A stretch of DNA of 64,000 nt. It comes from an uncultured Gammaproteobacteria bacterium (lineage in GTDB: Bacteria; Pseudomonadota; Gammaproteobacteria; Natronospirales; REEB76). The DNA lies in assembly GCA_964584665.1 (NCBI GenBank), contig CAZPAO010000005.1, positions 23,022 through 87,021 of the forward strand. The letters run 5' to 3'. Positions 36,388 through 45,307 of this stretch are shown piece by piece. The notes beneath the pieces were generated by a model. It saw only the letters and a list, made by a program, of their open reading frames with translations, had not been told where the DNA came from and ran no database searches. A program made the position numbers and the translations under genes. The first letter of the stretch is position 1. Each line of letters begins with the position of its first letter.

Positions 36388-37044
36388 TTACTTGGCGGCG
36401 GCCGGCATGGCTGCCTGCTCTTGGACGACGAGCTGGTTCACCACCAGCATGATCTGGGAATAGGGCACGCCGAAGTCGCCGCCGGTGATCCATTTGCCGT
36501 TCACCACCAGGGTCGGCACGCCGAACAGCATCAGGCCGTAGCGCTCCGCCAGCACGTTGGCCTGGGCGATCTTGGCATCCACGGTGGGAGAGCTCCAGAT
36601 GCTCTCGAACTTCCTTGGGTCCACGCCGAACTGCTTCACATAGAAGCGCTCGAAATCCGCCTCGCTCTGCATCACGTCGTGGTTCTGGTGGATCTCGTCG
36701 AAGGTCGCCTTGTGGGACTTCTCGAGTATGCCGAGCGCCTCGGCGGTGTAGTAGGCGCGGGCCGCCGGTTCCCACTCCGGCTGCAGGATCGCCGGCACGC
36801 GTTTCAGCACCACGTTGGCGGGCTTGCTGCGCTCCCAGGCCTCGAGGTAGGGCTCGAGGGCGTTGCAGTGCGGGCAGCCGTACCAGAAGAAGTCCAACAC
36901 CTCGACCTGGCCGGGGTTGGTGGAGACGGGCTGGGTGGGCAGCACCGCCTGATAGTTCACGCCGAGCTTATAGGCCGCGTCCGCGGACGCGGTGGCGCTC
37001 GAAGCCAGCAGCAGCAGGGATGCCAGGAAGCTGAAGAGTCTCAT
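36388..37044 (-). CDS. dsbA: Thiol:disulfide interchange protein DsbA (tandem paralogue)
   Basis: MRLFSFLASLLLLASSATASA signal and the active site FFWYGCPHCN. Confidence 0.85.
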   Translation of the reverse strand: MRLFSFLASLLLLASSATASADAAYKLGVNYQAVLPTQPVSTNPGQVEVLDFFWYGCPHCNALEPYLEAWERSKPANVVLKRVPAILQPEWEPAARAYYTAEALGILEKSHKATFDEIHQNHDVMQSEADFERFYVKQFGVDPRKFESIWSSPTVDAKIAQANVLAERYGLMLFGVPTLVVNGKWITGGDFGVPYSQIMLVVNQLVVQEQAAMPAAAK

Positions 37045-37100
37045 GCCGACCTCGTGGGACTGGGGGGTAGTAACGCGCGAGGCCGTGGCCCGGTGCACCG

Positions 37101-37727
37101 TCAGGGCTGGGGCTTGGCGGCGTGCAGGCCCTCGATGTAGCTCCCCACCGCCTGCATCTCGGCCGGGCTCAGGCGCGAGGCGATGGTCTCCATCATCTTA
37201 TTCGGGTCGGTGGTGCGGGTGCCGGCGGCGTAGTTCTGCAGCTGCGTCACCACGTAGGCGGAATGCTGGCCGCTCAGGGACGGCACCTTCATGGAGAAGT
37301 TGCCGGAACCATCGGGGCTGTGGCAGGCCGCGCAGGCCGGCACGTTCTCGGCCTTGTTGCCGTTGCGGTAGAGCTGCTCACCCTGCTTCACCTGGCCGGC
37401 CTCCGCCTCGCCCACCTGGAGGGTCTGGCTGGAGAAGTAGGCGGCGAGGTCCTGGATGTCCTGATCGGAGAGGCCCTTGGCCTGACCCGACATGATGGCG
37501 TTCTCGCGCTTGCCGGACTTGAAGTTGTTGAGCTGCGCCTGGATGTAGCTCGCGTTCTGGCCGGCGAGCTTGGGGAACTGGGCGCCGGTGCTGTTGCCGT
37601 CCGCGCCGTGGCAGGCGCCGCAGACCGCGGCCTTGCCCTTGCCGGCGGCGGCATCGCCATCGGCCTGGACTTGCAGGGCGGCGCCGGCGGCAGCCAGGAC
37701 CAGGGCGATCGTCAGGAACTTCTTCAT
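37101..37727 (-). CDS. Dihaem cytochrome c4
   Basis: Signal peptide MKKFLTIALVLAAAGAALQVQA and two CxxCH sites (CGACH, CAACH). Confidence 0.9.
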   Translation of the reverse strand: MKKFLTIALVLAAAGAALQVQADGDAAAGKGKAAVCGACHGADGNSTGAQFPKLAGQNASYIQAQLNNFKSGKRENAIMSGQAKGLSDQDIQDLAAYFSSQTLQVGEAEAGQVKQGEQLYRNGNKAENVPACAACHSPDGSGNFSMKVPSLSGQHSAYVVTQLQNYAAGTRTTDPNKMMETIASRLSPAEMQAVGSYIEGLHAAKPQP

Positions 37728-37861
37728 GGGCACAGCTCCTTGGGGCTGTCGGGGCATGGGGTCCTGCGGGTCGAGGCCCGGAAAATACCGGCTGCAAGCG
37801 TCCCGCGGGTGAGCCCTGGATTTTACACTAGGGGCCGACACCCCCTCCACCCAAGGCCCCC

Positions 37862-38467
37862 ATGCGCCTCGATTTCCGCAACATGCGCTTCCTCACCAGC
37901 GGCGCCGCTTTGAGCGGCCTGCCCGCGGACACGGGGCGGGAGGTGGCCTTCGCCGGGCGTTCCAACGCCGGCAAATCCAGCGCCCTGAACGCCATCACCG
38001 GGGTCTCGGGCCTGGCGCGGGTCAGCAAGACCCCCGGCCGGACCCGGCTCCTGAACCTCTTCGGCATGGACGGCGACCTGCGTTTCATGGACCTGCCGGG
38101 CTATGGCTACGCCAAGGTGCCGGAGGCGGAACGTCTGAAGTGGGGCCAGTTGGTGGAGAGTTATCTCAGCGCCCGGCAGAGCCTTGCCGGCCTCATCCTG
38201 GTGATGGACATCCGCCATCCCCTCATGGACTTCGATCGCCAGCTACTGGGGTTCGCCGGTCCGCTGGAACTGCCGGTGCACGTCTTGCTCTCGAAGGCCG
38301 ACAAGCTCGGTCGCGGCGCCGCCATGAAGACCTTGGCCGAGACCCAGAAAGGCCTCAGGGGTTGGGGCACGGCCCAGCTCTTCTCCGCCCATTCTGGCCA
38401 GGGCGTGGAAGAGGCGCAGAAGCTCCTGGCCGAATGGCTGACGGGACCGGACGAAAGAGAAAAATAA
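37862..38467 (+). CDS. engB: Ribosome biogenesis GTPase YihA/YsxC
   Basis: GRSNAGKSSALN (G1), DLPGYGYA (G3) and LSKADK (G4). Confidence 0.9.
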   Translation: MRLDFRNMRFLTSGAALSGLPADTGREVAFAGRSNAGKSSALNAITGVSGLARVSKTPGRTRLLNLFGMDGDLRFMDLPGYGYAKVPEAERLKWGQLVESYLSARQSLAGLILVMDIRHPLMDFDRQLLGFAGPLELPVHVLLSKADKLGRGAAMKTLAETQKGLRGWGTAQLFSAHSGQGVEEAQKLLAEWLTGPDEREK

Positions 38468-38502
38468 CCCCGGCGCCAAAAGGGGGAAAACGCCGGGGTT
38501 AT
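38453..38502 (-). terminator. Strong rho-independent terminator oriented for minus-strand transcription (polA and/or an intergenic sRNA)
   Basis: 12-bp stem ATAACCCCGGCG / CGCCGGGGTTAT (38464-38502). On the minus strand it is followed by TTTTTCTCTTT (38463-38453). On the plus strand there is no U-tract. The stem overlaps the engB stop codon. Confidence 0.6.
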
Positions 38503-38670
38503 AAGAGCTACACCCGGCTTGGGGAGACCGGCTGTAGGGTTCCGCCCATGGGAGACGGGCGGGGTGAACACCATTGCGGTGTTCATAGAGTAAGACCCGC
38601 GAGACGGCTTTTTCGTTCCATCTAAACAACAAAAATTTTGTATCCCCTTGTAACAGCTGAGGGGTACCAT
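38453..38670 (-). ncRNA. Candidate sRNA in the engB-polA spacer; strand and ends uncertain
   Basis: Consecutive hairpins lie at 38508-38537, 38542-38562, 38566-38584 and 38640-38667, plus the terminator hairpin. On the minus strand, three loops read UCUCCCCAAG, GUCUCCCAU and UUUUCCCCCUUUUGG. A weak sigma70-like promoter is present on the minus strand (TTAATC, 16 nt, CATAAT at 38701-38674). Confidence 0.3.
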
Positions 38671-38769
38671 CTGATTATGAGTTAATTATCCGGTTGATTA
38701 ATTAATGCACACAGGATATCCACAAGCCAGAATGGCCGGAATTTGAGCATTTTCGTTGAGGCTAGGTGT

Positions 38770-38845
38770 CACAGAAGCGTGACGAGCGAAGGTAGAGAGC
38801 GAGCCGGACTGCAACGAAGCTATGCCGAGCGCAGTAGCTTCTGTG
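38770..38845. repeat. Copy B (internally deleted, 76 bp) of the structured intergenic repeat; termini CACAGAAGC...GCTTCTGTG
   Basis: It shares the 5' block AGAAGCGTGACGAGCGAAG and the 3' block CGAGCGCAGTAGCTTCT with copies A and C. It ends 5 nt before the polA stop codon. Confidence 0.55.
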
Positions 38846-38849
38846 ATGC

Positions 38850-41612
38850 CTAGTGAGCTTCCTGCCAGTTGGAGCCTGTCCCCACATCCACTACGAGCGG
38901 CACTTTGAGCTTGGCCGCCGCTTCCATGATGCGCGGCACTTCCTTCTGGATGAGCGGCAGTGCGCCCTGCTCCACCTCGAACACCAGCTCGTCGTGCACC
39001 TGCATGACCATGCGGGCCTTGGCGCCGCTCTCCTTGAGCCAGCGCTGCACCTCGATCATGGCGCGCTTGATGATGTCGGCGGCGGTGCCCTGCATGGGCG
39101 CGTTCACCGCGGCGCGCTCGGCGTACTGGCGCACCTGCTGGTTCTTGGACTTGATGTCCGGGAGATAGAGGCGCCGGCCGAACACCGTCTCCACGTAGCC
39201 CTGCTCACGCGCCTGCAGCCGCGTCTCATCCATGAACTGCTTCACGCCCGGATAACGCTTGAAGTAGAGGTCCACGTAGTCCTGCGCCTCGCCGCGGCCG
39301 ATGCCGAGCTGCTTGGCGAGGCCGAAGGCCGACATGCCGTAGATGAGCCCGAAGTTGATGGCCTTGGCGGCGCGGCGGCGTTCGTCACTCACGGCATCAG
39401 GTTTCAGGTCGAACACTTCCGCCGCGGTGGCTCGGTGGATGTCCATGCCCTCGGCGAAGGCCTTGAGCAGGCCGGCGTCGCCCGAGAGGTGCGCCATGAT
39501 GCGCAGCTCGATCTGGGAGTAGTCGGCGGCCAGCAATATCTGGCCCTTGGGCGCGATGAAGGCCTGGCGGATGCGCCGGCCCTCCTCGGTGCGCACCGGG
39601 ATGTTCTGCAGGTTGGGATCCGTGGAAGAAAGCCGGCCCGTGGCTGCCACCGCCTGATGATAGGAGGTGTGCACGCGTCCGGTCTTGGGGTTCACCTGTT
39701 CCGGCAGCCGGTCGGTGTAGGTGGATTTCAGCTTGTTGAGGCCGCGGTACTCCAGGATCACCCGCGGCAGCTCGTACTCATCCGCCAACTCCTCCAGCAC
39801 GTCTTCCGCGGTGGAAGGCTGGCCGCTGGCGGTCTTGCGCACCACCGGGATCTCCATCTTCTCGAACAGGATGGCCTGCAGCTGCTTGGGCGAATCCAGG
39901 TTGAAGGGTCCGCCCGCCAGGGTCTGCGCCTTCTCCTGCAGCGTGGCGAGCTTCTTCGTGATCTCGTCGCTCTGCACTTTCAACATGGCTATGTCTATCA
40001 ATACGCCCGAGTGCTCCATCTCCAGCAGCACCGGCACCAGCGGCATCTCGATCTCGTCGAACACCTTCTTGAGCGCGGGGACCGCGCGCAGCCGCGGCCA
40101 GATGGCCTGGTGCAGGCGCAGGGTCACGTCCGCGTCCTCCGCCGCGTACTTGGCCGCGTCCTCGATGCGTACCTCATCGAAGCCGATCTGCTTCGCGCCC
40201 TTGCCCGCCACGTCCTCGTAATGGATGGTCTTGTAGTCGAGGTACTTCTCAGCCAGCGAATCCATGTCGTGGCGGCTCGCCACGCTGTCCAGCACGTAGG
40301 ACTCCAGCATGGAGTCGTAGCGCATGCCGGCGAGGGCGATGCCGTGGTTGGCGAGCACATGGGCGTCGTACTTGATGTGGTGCCCGAGTTTCTGCTTCTT
40401 CGGGTCTTCCAGGATGGGTTTGAGGCGCTTCAGCACCGCGTCCCGGTCGAGCTGCGGGGGCGCATCGGGGTAGCGGTGCGCCAGGGGCACGTAGGCCGCT
40501 TCGCCGGACTTCACCGCGAAGGACACGCCCACGATCTCGGCCTTCATGTAGTCGAGGCTGGTGGTCTCGGTGTCGAAGGCGATGAGTTCGGCGGCTTCCA
40601 GCTTCGCCACCCAGGCGTCCAGATCTTTCTGCTCCAGCACCGCCGTGTATTCACCGGCTCGCTGCGGCGCGGGAGCGGGCTTCACCGCCGGCACCGCCAC
40701 GTCGGCCTTGCGGTGTGGCTCCTCGCCGCCCTCGTCCAGGGCCTTCAGCCAGCTCTTGAAGCCGAAGCGGGTGTACAGCTCCCGCAGCCGCTCCTGGTCC
40801 GGCGCGCGCATGGCGAGATCCGTGGGGCCAAGCGGCAACTCCACGTCGCAGTGGATGGTGGCGAGCTTGCGCGAGAGGAAGGCCGCATCCTTGTGCTGCG
40901 CCAGTTTCGGCGCGAGCTGCTTGGCACCGCGCATCGGCACCGCGGCCACCTCATCGAGGCGCGCATACAGCGCTTCGAGGGTGCCGAAGTGGGCGAGCAG
41001 CGGAGCGGCGGTCTTGGGGCCGACGCCCGGCACGCCGGGGATGTTGTCGGAGCTGTCGCCCACCAGCGCCAGGTAGTCGATGATCTGCTCGGGCCAGACA
41101 TCGAACTTCTCCTTCACGCCGTCCCGGTCGAGCGTGGTGTCGGTCATGGTGTTGATGAGCGTGATGTCGTCGCCGTCGCCCACGAGCTGCGCCATGTCCT
41201 TGTCGCCGGTCGAGATGAGCACCTTCAGGCCCTGCTCGACGCCGCGCTTGGCCAGCGTGCCGATCACATCGTCCGCTTCGACGCCTTTGACCTTCAGCAT
41301 GGGGAAGCCGAGCGCTTCCACCAGTTCGTTGAGCGGTTCCACCTGCGCACGCAGGTCGTCCGGCATGGGCGGGCGGTTGGCCTTGTATTCCTCGAACAGG
41401 TCGTCGCGGAAGGTCTTGCCGCTGGCGTCGAACACCACCGCCACGTGCTCGGGTGCGTGGTCCACCAGCATGCGTTTAAGCATGTTGGCCACGCCGTATA
41501 TGGCGCCCGTCGGTTCGCCGGAAGGGGAGGTGAAGGGCGGCAGCGCGTAGAAGGCGCGGTAGAGGTAAGACGAGCCGTCCACCAGCACCAATGGGAACTT
41601 GCCCTTGCTCAC
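38850..41612 (-). CDS. polA: DNA polymerase I
   Basis: 920 aa with a GTG start. It has a 5'-3' exonuclease domain (LVLVDGSSYLYRAFYA), a 3'-5' exonuclease domain (FDTETTSLD) and a polymerase domain (DYSQIELRIMAHLS, QVHDELVFE). Confidence 0.97.
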   Translation of the reverse strand: MSKGKFPLVLVDGSSYLYRAFYALPPFTSPSGEPTGAIYGVANMLKRMLVDHAPEHVAVVFDASGKTFRDDLFEEYKANRPPMPDDLRAQVEPLNELVEALGFPMLKVKGVEADDVIGTLAKRGVEQGLKVLISTGDKDMAQLVGDGDDITLINTMTDTTLDRDGVKEKFDVWPEQIIDYLALVGDSSDNIPGVPGVGPKTAAPLLAHFGTLEALYARLDEVAAVPMRGAKQLAPKLAQHKDAAFLSRKLATIHCDVELPLGPTDLAMRAPDQERLRELYTRFGFKSWLKALDEGGEEPHRKADVAVPAVKPAPAPQRAGEYTAVLEQKDLDAWVAKLEAAELIAFDTETTSLDYMKAEIVGVSFAVKSGEAAYVPLAHRYPDAPPQLDRDAVLKRLKPILEDPKKQKLGHHIKYDAHVLANHGIALAGMRYDSMLESYVLDSVASRHDMDSLAEKYLDYKTIHYEDVAGKGAKQIGFDEVRIEDAAKYAAEDADVTLRLHQAIWPRLRAVPALKKVFDEIEMPLVPVLLEMEHSGVLIDIAMLKVQSDEITKKLATLQEKAQTLAGGPFNLDSPKQLQAILFEKMEIPVVRKTASGQPSTAEDVLEELADEYELPRVILEYRGLNKLKSTYTDRLPEQVNPKTGRVHTSYHQAVAATGRLSSTDPNLQNIPVRTEEGRRIRQAFIAPKGQILLAADYSQIELRIMAHLSGDAGLLKAFAEGMDIHRATAAEVFDLKPDAVSDERRRAAKAINFGLIYGMSAFGLAKQLGIGRGEAQDYVDLYFKRYPGVKQFMDETRLQAREQGYVETVFGRRLYLPDIKSKNQQVRQYAERAAVNAPMQGTAADIIKRAMIEVQRWLKESGAKARMVMQVHDELVFEVEQGALPLIQKEVPRIMEAAAKLKVPLVVDVGTGSNWQEAH

Positions 41613-42022
41613 GGCTCGCCACCTGTGGCGTCGGAAGGCGCAGGTGTGAGCCCGGATTTTGGCAGTTCGCTGCTGCGCAGTGCCTTGGGGTTCAGCAGGG
41701 CGCAGGGCACCGGCGCCTCGTTCTGGAAACCGCCCGCATCTATCACTGCCTGGGTGACTGGCAGGCCGGTCACGGCCTCGGGGGCGACCTGGGTCGAAGC
41801 GCCCGGCGGGCGGCTCAGGAGTTCGGCCAGTTCCGCGTCGTGGAGGCAGCGGGGCAGACGTGGGTCCAGGGAACGCATGACCGGCGCCGGTTGCTGCACG
41901 GGGAAGGTGACCGGGGGCATGCGCAGGAACAGCTTGCCGACCTGGCCGCAGCTCGCCAGGGACGCGAGCACCAGGCTCAGCATGAGCAGGCGACGGAGGC
42001 GGGGAGAGGGGAGCCGCAGCAT
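41609..42022 (-). CDS. Hypothetical lipoprotein, translationally coupled to polA (GTGA overlap)
   Basis: MLRLPSPRLRRLLMLSLVLASLASC has a lipobox (LAS|C). Its stop overlaps the polA GTG start. The longer 313-aa track ORF is discounted. Confidence 0.5.
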   Translation of the reverse strand: MLRLPSPRLRRLLMLSLVLASLASCGQVGKLFLRMPPVTFPVQQPAPVMRSLDPRLPRCLHDAELAELLSRPPGASTQVAPEAVTGLPVTQAVIDAGGFQNEAPVPCALLNPKALRSSELPKSGLTPAPSDATGGEP

Positions 42023-42100
42023 CCGGCCAGTATAAACGCTGGGCCCAGCGGGGCCCATGCCGGATGCTAGAGTGATGTCAGACGATACGGAGGTGAGGGC

Positions 42101-42763
42101 ATGCATCTCGCATTGTGGGGTTTCTGCCTGGTGGTGGTGCTCGTGGGCCTGCTCGGGCTGGTGCTGTTCTTCGGCGGCTTCAAGCGGCTCATCCACGGCC
42201 GTGTCGCCAGCGGCGGCGGACGCATCCTGCTCGGCCTCGTGTTCCTGTTCGCCTTTGCCTTCATCGCGGCGGTGGCCTTGGACTTGCGCACCTATCTGCG
42301 CCTCACCTACGAACAGCCGGTGGCGACCTTGAGCTTCGTCGCCCTCGGCCCCCAGTCCTTCCGCGCCACCCTCACGGACAGCGCGGGCGACATCCGCACC
42401 GTGGAACTGCGCGGGGATGACTGGCAACTGGATGCGCGGGTGCTGAAGTGGAAGGGTTTCGCCACGGTCATAGGCCTGGACCCGGGCTATCGGCTGGAGC
42501 GGCTGGAAGGCCGCTACCGCAATGCCGGCCAGGAGAGCCACGACTACCACAGCGTGGTGGAGCTATCGACCGACAGCGGGCTCGACTTCTGGGGCCTCGC
42601 CCAGCGCAACGCCGGCTGGCTGCCCTGGGTGGATGCGGGCTATGGCAGCGCCACTTACCTGCCCATGGCCGACGGAGCCCAATACACCGTCTCCCTCAGC
42701 CAGACGGGACTCCTGGCCCGGCCCAGCAATCCGGCGGCCCAGGAGGCCCTGAGCCATTGGTGA
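42101..42763 (+). CDS. Hypothetical membrane protein (2 N-terminal TM plus a soluble domain)
   Basis: MHLALWGFCLVVVLVGLLGLVLFFGG and ILLGLVFLFAFAFIAAVAL are TM helices. No family recognised. Confidence 0.55.
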   Translation: MHLALWGFCLVVVLVGLLGLVLFFGGFKRLIHGRVASGGGRILLGLVFLFAFAFIAAVALDLRTYLRLTYEQPVATLSFVALGPQSFRATLTDSAGDIRTVELRGDDWQLDARVLKWKGFATVIGLDPGYRLERLEGRYRNAGQESHDYHSVVELSTDSGLDFWGLAQRNAGWLPWVDAGYGSATYLPMADGAQYTVSLSQTGLLARPSNPAAQEALSHW

Positions 42764-42778
42764 AGGTTTCTCGGATCT

Positions 42779-43213
42779 TTAGCGCATCGAGGCCTTATCC
42801 AATACGGCCATGGTTATGCGCGAGACGCAGACCAGGCGTTCCTTCTCGTCCACGATCCTGATCTCCCACACCTGCGTGCTGCCGCCGATGTGCAGCGGCC
42901 GCGCAGTGCCTTTCACCGTGCCTCCGCGCATGGCGCGGATATGGTTGGCGTTGATCTCGAGGCCCACGCAGAGCTGCTTGTCCCGGTCCACCACCAGGTT
43001 CGCGCCGGTGCTGCCGAGGGTCTCCGCCAGTGCTACCGAAGCGCCGCCGTGCAGGATGCCGGCGGGCTGCTTGGTGCGCTCATCCACCGGCATGGTGGCG
43101 GAGAGGGAGTCCTCACCCACTTCCACATAGCGGATCCCCAGGTGGCTCACCAGGGTCTCCTGCTGGTAGGCATTGAGGTCCTCGATGCTGAAAGGCTTGA
43201 ACCAGATGGCCAT
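42779..43213 (-). CDS. Hotdog-fold thioesterase (PaaI/YdiI/EntH-like)
   Basis: 144 aa. The core motif is GILHGGASVALAETLGS. Confidence 0.85.
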   Translation of the reverse strand: MAIWFKPFSIEDLNAYQQETLVSHLGIRYVEVGEDSLSATMPVDERTKQPAGILHGGASVALAETLGSTGANLVVDRDKQLCVGLEINANHIRAMRGGTVKGTARPLHIGGSTQVWEIRIVDEKERLVCVSRITMAVLDKASMR

Positions 43214-43416
43214 GGCGGCTCCAAGGAAAAAGAGCTGTTCCTACAGCCTACCCCATGGGTCTCCCGGGTCTGGGAAGCTACGACATACCCCTTGACCTTA
43301 GCCGTATTGCTGTTGTATATATGTATAACACCTAGGCGAGGGGTCGCCTCAAGTGACCAGGACGGCCGCAGGCGACCCCGCCAACCCGACCAACGTCATC
43401 ACAGAGGAACGATCCC

Positions 43417-45192
43417 ATGAAATCCCTATCCATCACGCTGGGCGTGGCCTTGGCCCTATCCGGCACAGCCTTCGCCGCCACCGCCCCGGCCGTCCCAGCA
43501 GCCGCGCCGAAGGCTCCGCCGGCCTGGGTGGCCGAGAGCAACCAGAACGCCCAGATCCTGCTGAAGACCATGGCCGACTTCGCCCCCGAGCAGGCGGGCC
43601 AGTTCGGCGTGGACGGCCTCGACGGCGAGGCCACCAACCTCACCCTCGACAGCGTGCAGCGGCTCGATGCCGCCGTGGACGTGGACATCACGCAGCTCAA
43701 CGCCAAGCTCGCCACCGCCACCGACCCCCACGTGAAGCAGGACATCCAGATCCTCATCGACGCGGCCGCCGGCGTGAAGCGCGACAACGACCTCTCCAGC
43801 AAATACCTGCTTACCTTCGTGGATGCGCCGCAGCTCGTGTTCGGCGGCACCCGCGCGCTCATCGACCCGCAGGTCCCGCTGGAGCGCCAGCAGAAGGTGG
43901 TGCAGCGCCTGGAGGCTTATGCCGGCATGAAGCCGGGCCGCCCCTCCATCTTCGACCAGGCCAAGGCGCTGTTCGAAGCCGACCTGAAACGGGATCCCAA
44001 GCTGCTCGGCCCCTACCAGGCCGAGATCGCCCAGGACCTGGAAGACCAGCCCCAGTACATCGCAGGCATGAAGGAATTGCTCAGTTCCAGCAAGGTCACC
44101 GGCTGGGAAGCGGCCTGGGCCAAGCTCGAGCCGGAGATGAACGACTACATCGCCTGGGAGAAGAGCGTGGTGGTGCCGCATGCACGCGCCACCAGCAGGC
44201 TGCCCGAGGCCATCTACGCCAACAACCTGAAGGACCTCGGCGTGTACGAGGACCCGCGCGCCCTGATCCAGGAGGCGCTGTTCTCCTTCTCGGAGATCCA
44301 GCACCAGCTGGACGGCATGGCGATCCTGGTGGCGAAGCAGAAGGGCTACAAGAGCTCGGACTACCGCGACGTGATCCGCGAACTCAAGAAGCAGCAGCTC
44401 TCGCCCACCAACATCCTGCCGTTCTACAAGAAGCGTTTGGGCGAGATCGAGGCCATCATCCGCAAGGAGCACATCGTCACGCTGCCCGCGCGCTCCATGG
44501 TGATCCGCCTGGGTTCCGCCGCCGAGACCGCCCAGCAGCCGGCGCCGCACATGAACACGCCGCGACTGATTGGTAATACCGGTGAATATGGGGAATTCGT
44601 GCTGCCCAACAACGCCGGCCAGAAGGGCGGCATGGACGACGACACCTTCGATGCCGCGGCCTGGACCCTGACCGCCCACGAGGGACGTCCCGGCCACGAG
44701 CTGCAGTTCGCCAGCATGATCGAGAACGGCAGCTCCATCGCCCGCGGCGTGTTCGCGTTCAACAGCGCCAACGTCGAGGGCTGGGCCCTGTACGCCGAGG
44801 CCGAGATGCAGCCCTACGAGCCGATGGAAGGGCAGATGATCGCCCTGCGTGACCGCCTGCTGCGTTCCGCCCGCGCCTTCCTGGACCCGATGGTGAACCT
44901 GGGGATGATCAGCCCGGACGACGCCAAGGCCTTCCTGGAGCGGGAAGTGGTGCTGTCACCGGCCTTCGCCAAGGAGGAAGCGGACCGCTTCGCCTTCCGC
45001 GCTCCGGGTCAGGCCACCAGCTACTACTACGGCTACCACAACTTCCTCACCATGCGGGCCCAGGCCCAGGTGGCCCTGGGAGCGAAGTTCGACCGCCAGA
45101 AGTTCAACGACTTCATCCTGAGCCAGGGCCTCTTGCCGCCTGATCTCATGACGAAGGCGGTCACGGAAGAGTTCATCCCGAGCCAGAAGTAA
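43417..45192 (+). CDS. Secreted DUF885 family protein
   Basis: Signal peptide and the conserved DUF885 block ...TAHEGRPGHELQFA.... Confidence 0.8.
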   Translation: MKSLSITLGVALALSGTAFAATAPAVPAAAPKAPPAWVAESNQNAQILLKTMADFAPEQAGQFGVDGLDGEATNLTLDSVQRLDAAVDVDITQLNAKLATATDPHVKQDIQILIDAAAGVKRDNDLSSKYLLTFVDAPQLVFGGTRALIDPQVPLERQQKVVQRLEAYAGMKPGRPSIFDQAKALFEADLKRDPKLLGPYQAEIAQDLEDQPQYIAGMKELLSSSKVTGWEAAWAKLEPEMNDYIAWEKSVVVPHARATSRLPEAIYANNLKDLGVYEDPRALIQEALFSFSEIQHQLDGMAILVAKQKGYKSSDYRDVIRELKKQQLSPTNILPFYKKRLGEIEAIIRKEHIVTLPARSMVIRLGSAAETAQQPAPHMNTPRLIGNTGEYGEFVLPNNAGQKGGMDDDTFDAAAWTLTAHEGRPGHELQFASMIENGSSIARGVFAFNSANVEGWALYAEAEMQPYEPMEGQMIALRDRLLRSARAFLDPMVNLGMISPDDAKAFLEREVVLSPAFAKEEADRFAFRAPGQATSYYYGYHNFLTMRAQAQVALGAKFDRQKFNDFILSQGLLPPDLMTKAVTEEFIPSQK

Positions 45193-45216
45193 CAGAGTTG
45201 ATTTGAGCTGAGACGA

Positions 45217-45247
45217 GGCCCCGTCACGAGAGTGGCGGGGCCTTTTT
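45217..45247 (+). terminator. Rho-independent terminator after the DUF885 gene
   Basis: GGCCCCGTCAC-GAGA-GTGGCGGGGCC followed by TTTTT. A second AAAACCGAG...CTCGGTTTT hairpin follows at about 45260-45308. Confidence 0.75.
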
Positions 45248-45307
45248 ATTGACTGGGCAAAACCGAGATATTTGCGCCGACACCAGCGGACAAATAGCTC
45301 GGTTTTA

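Noticed and set aside
35706-37044. Tandem dsbA duplication next to cytochrome c4 and engB.
   Set aside because: To my recollection, paired dsbA paralogues in this neighbourhood are a common conserved arrangement in Xanthomonadales-type genomes. Nothing anomalous is seen in the sequence.
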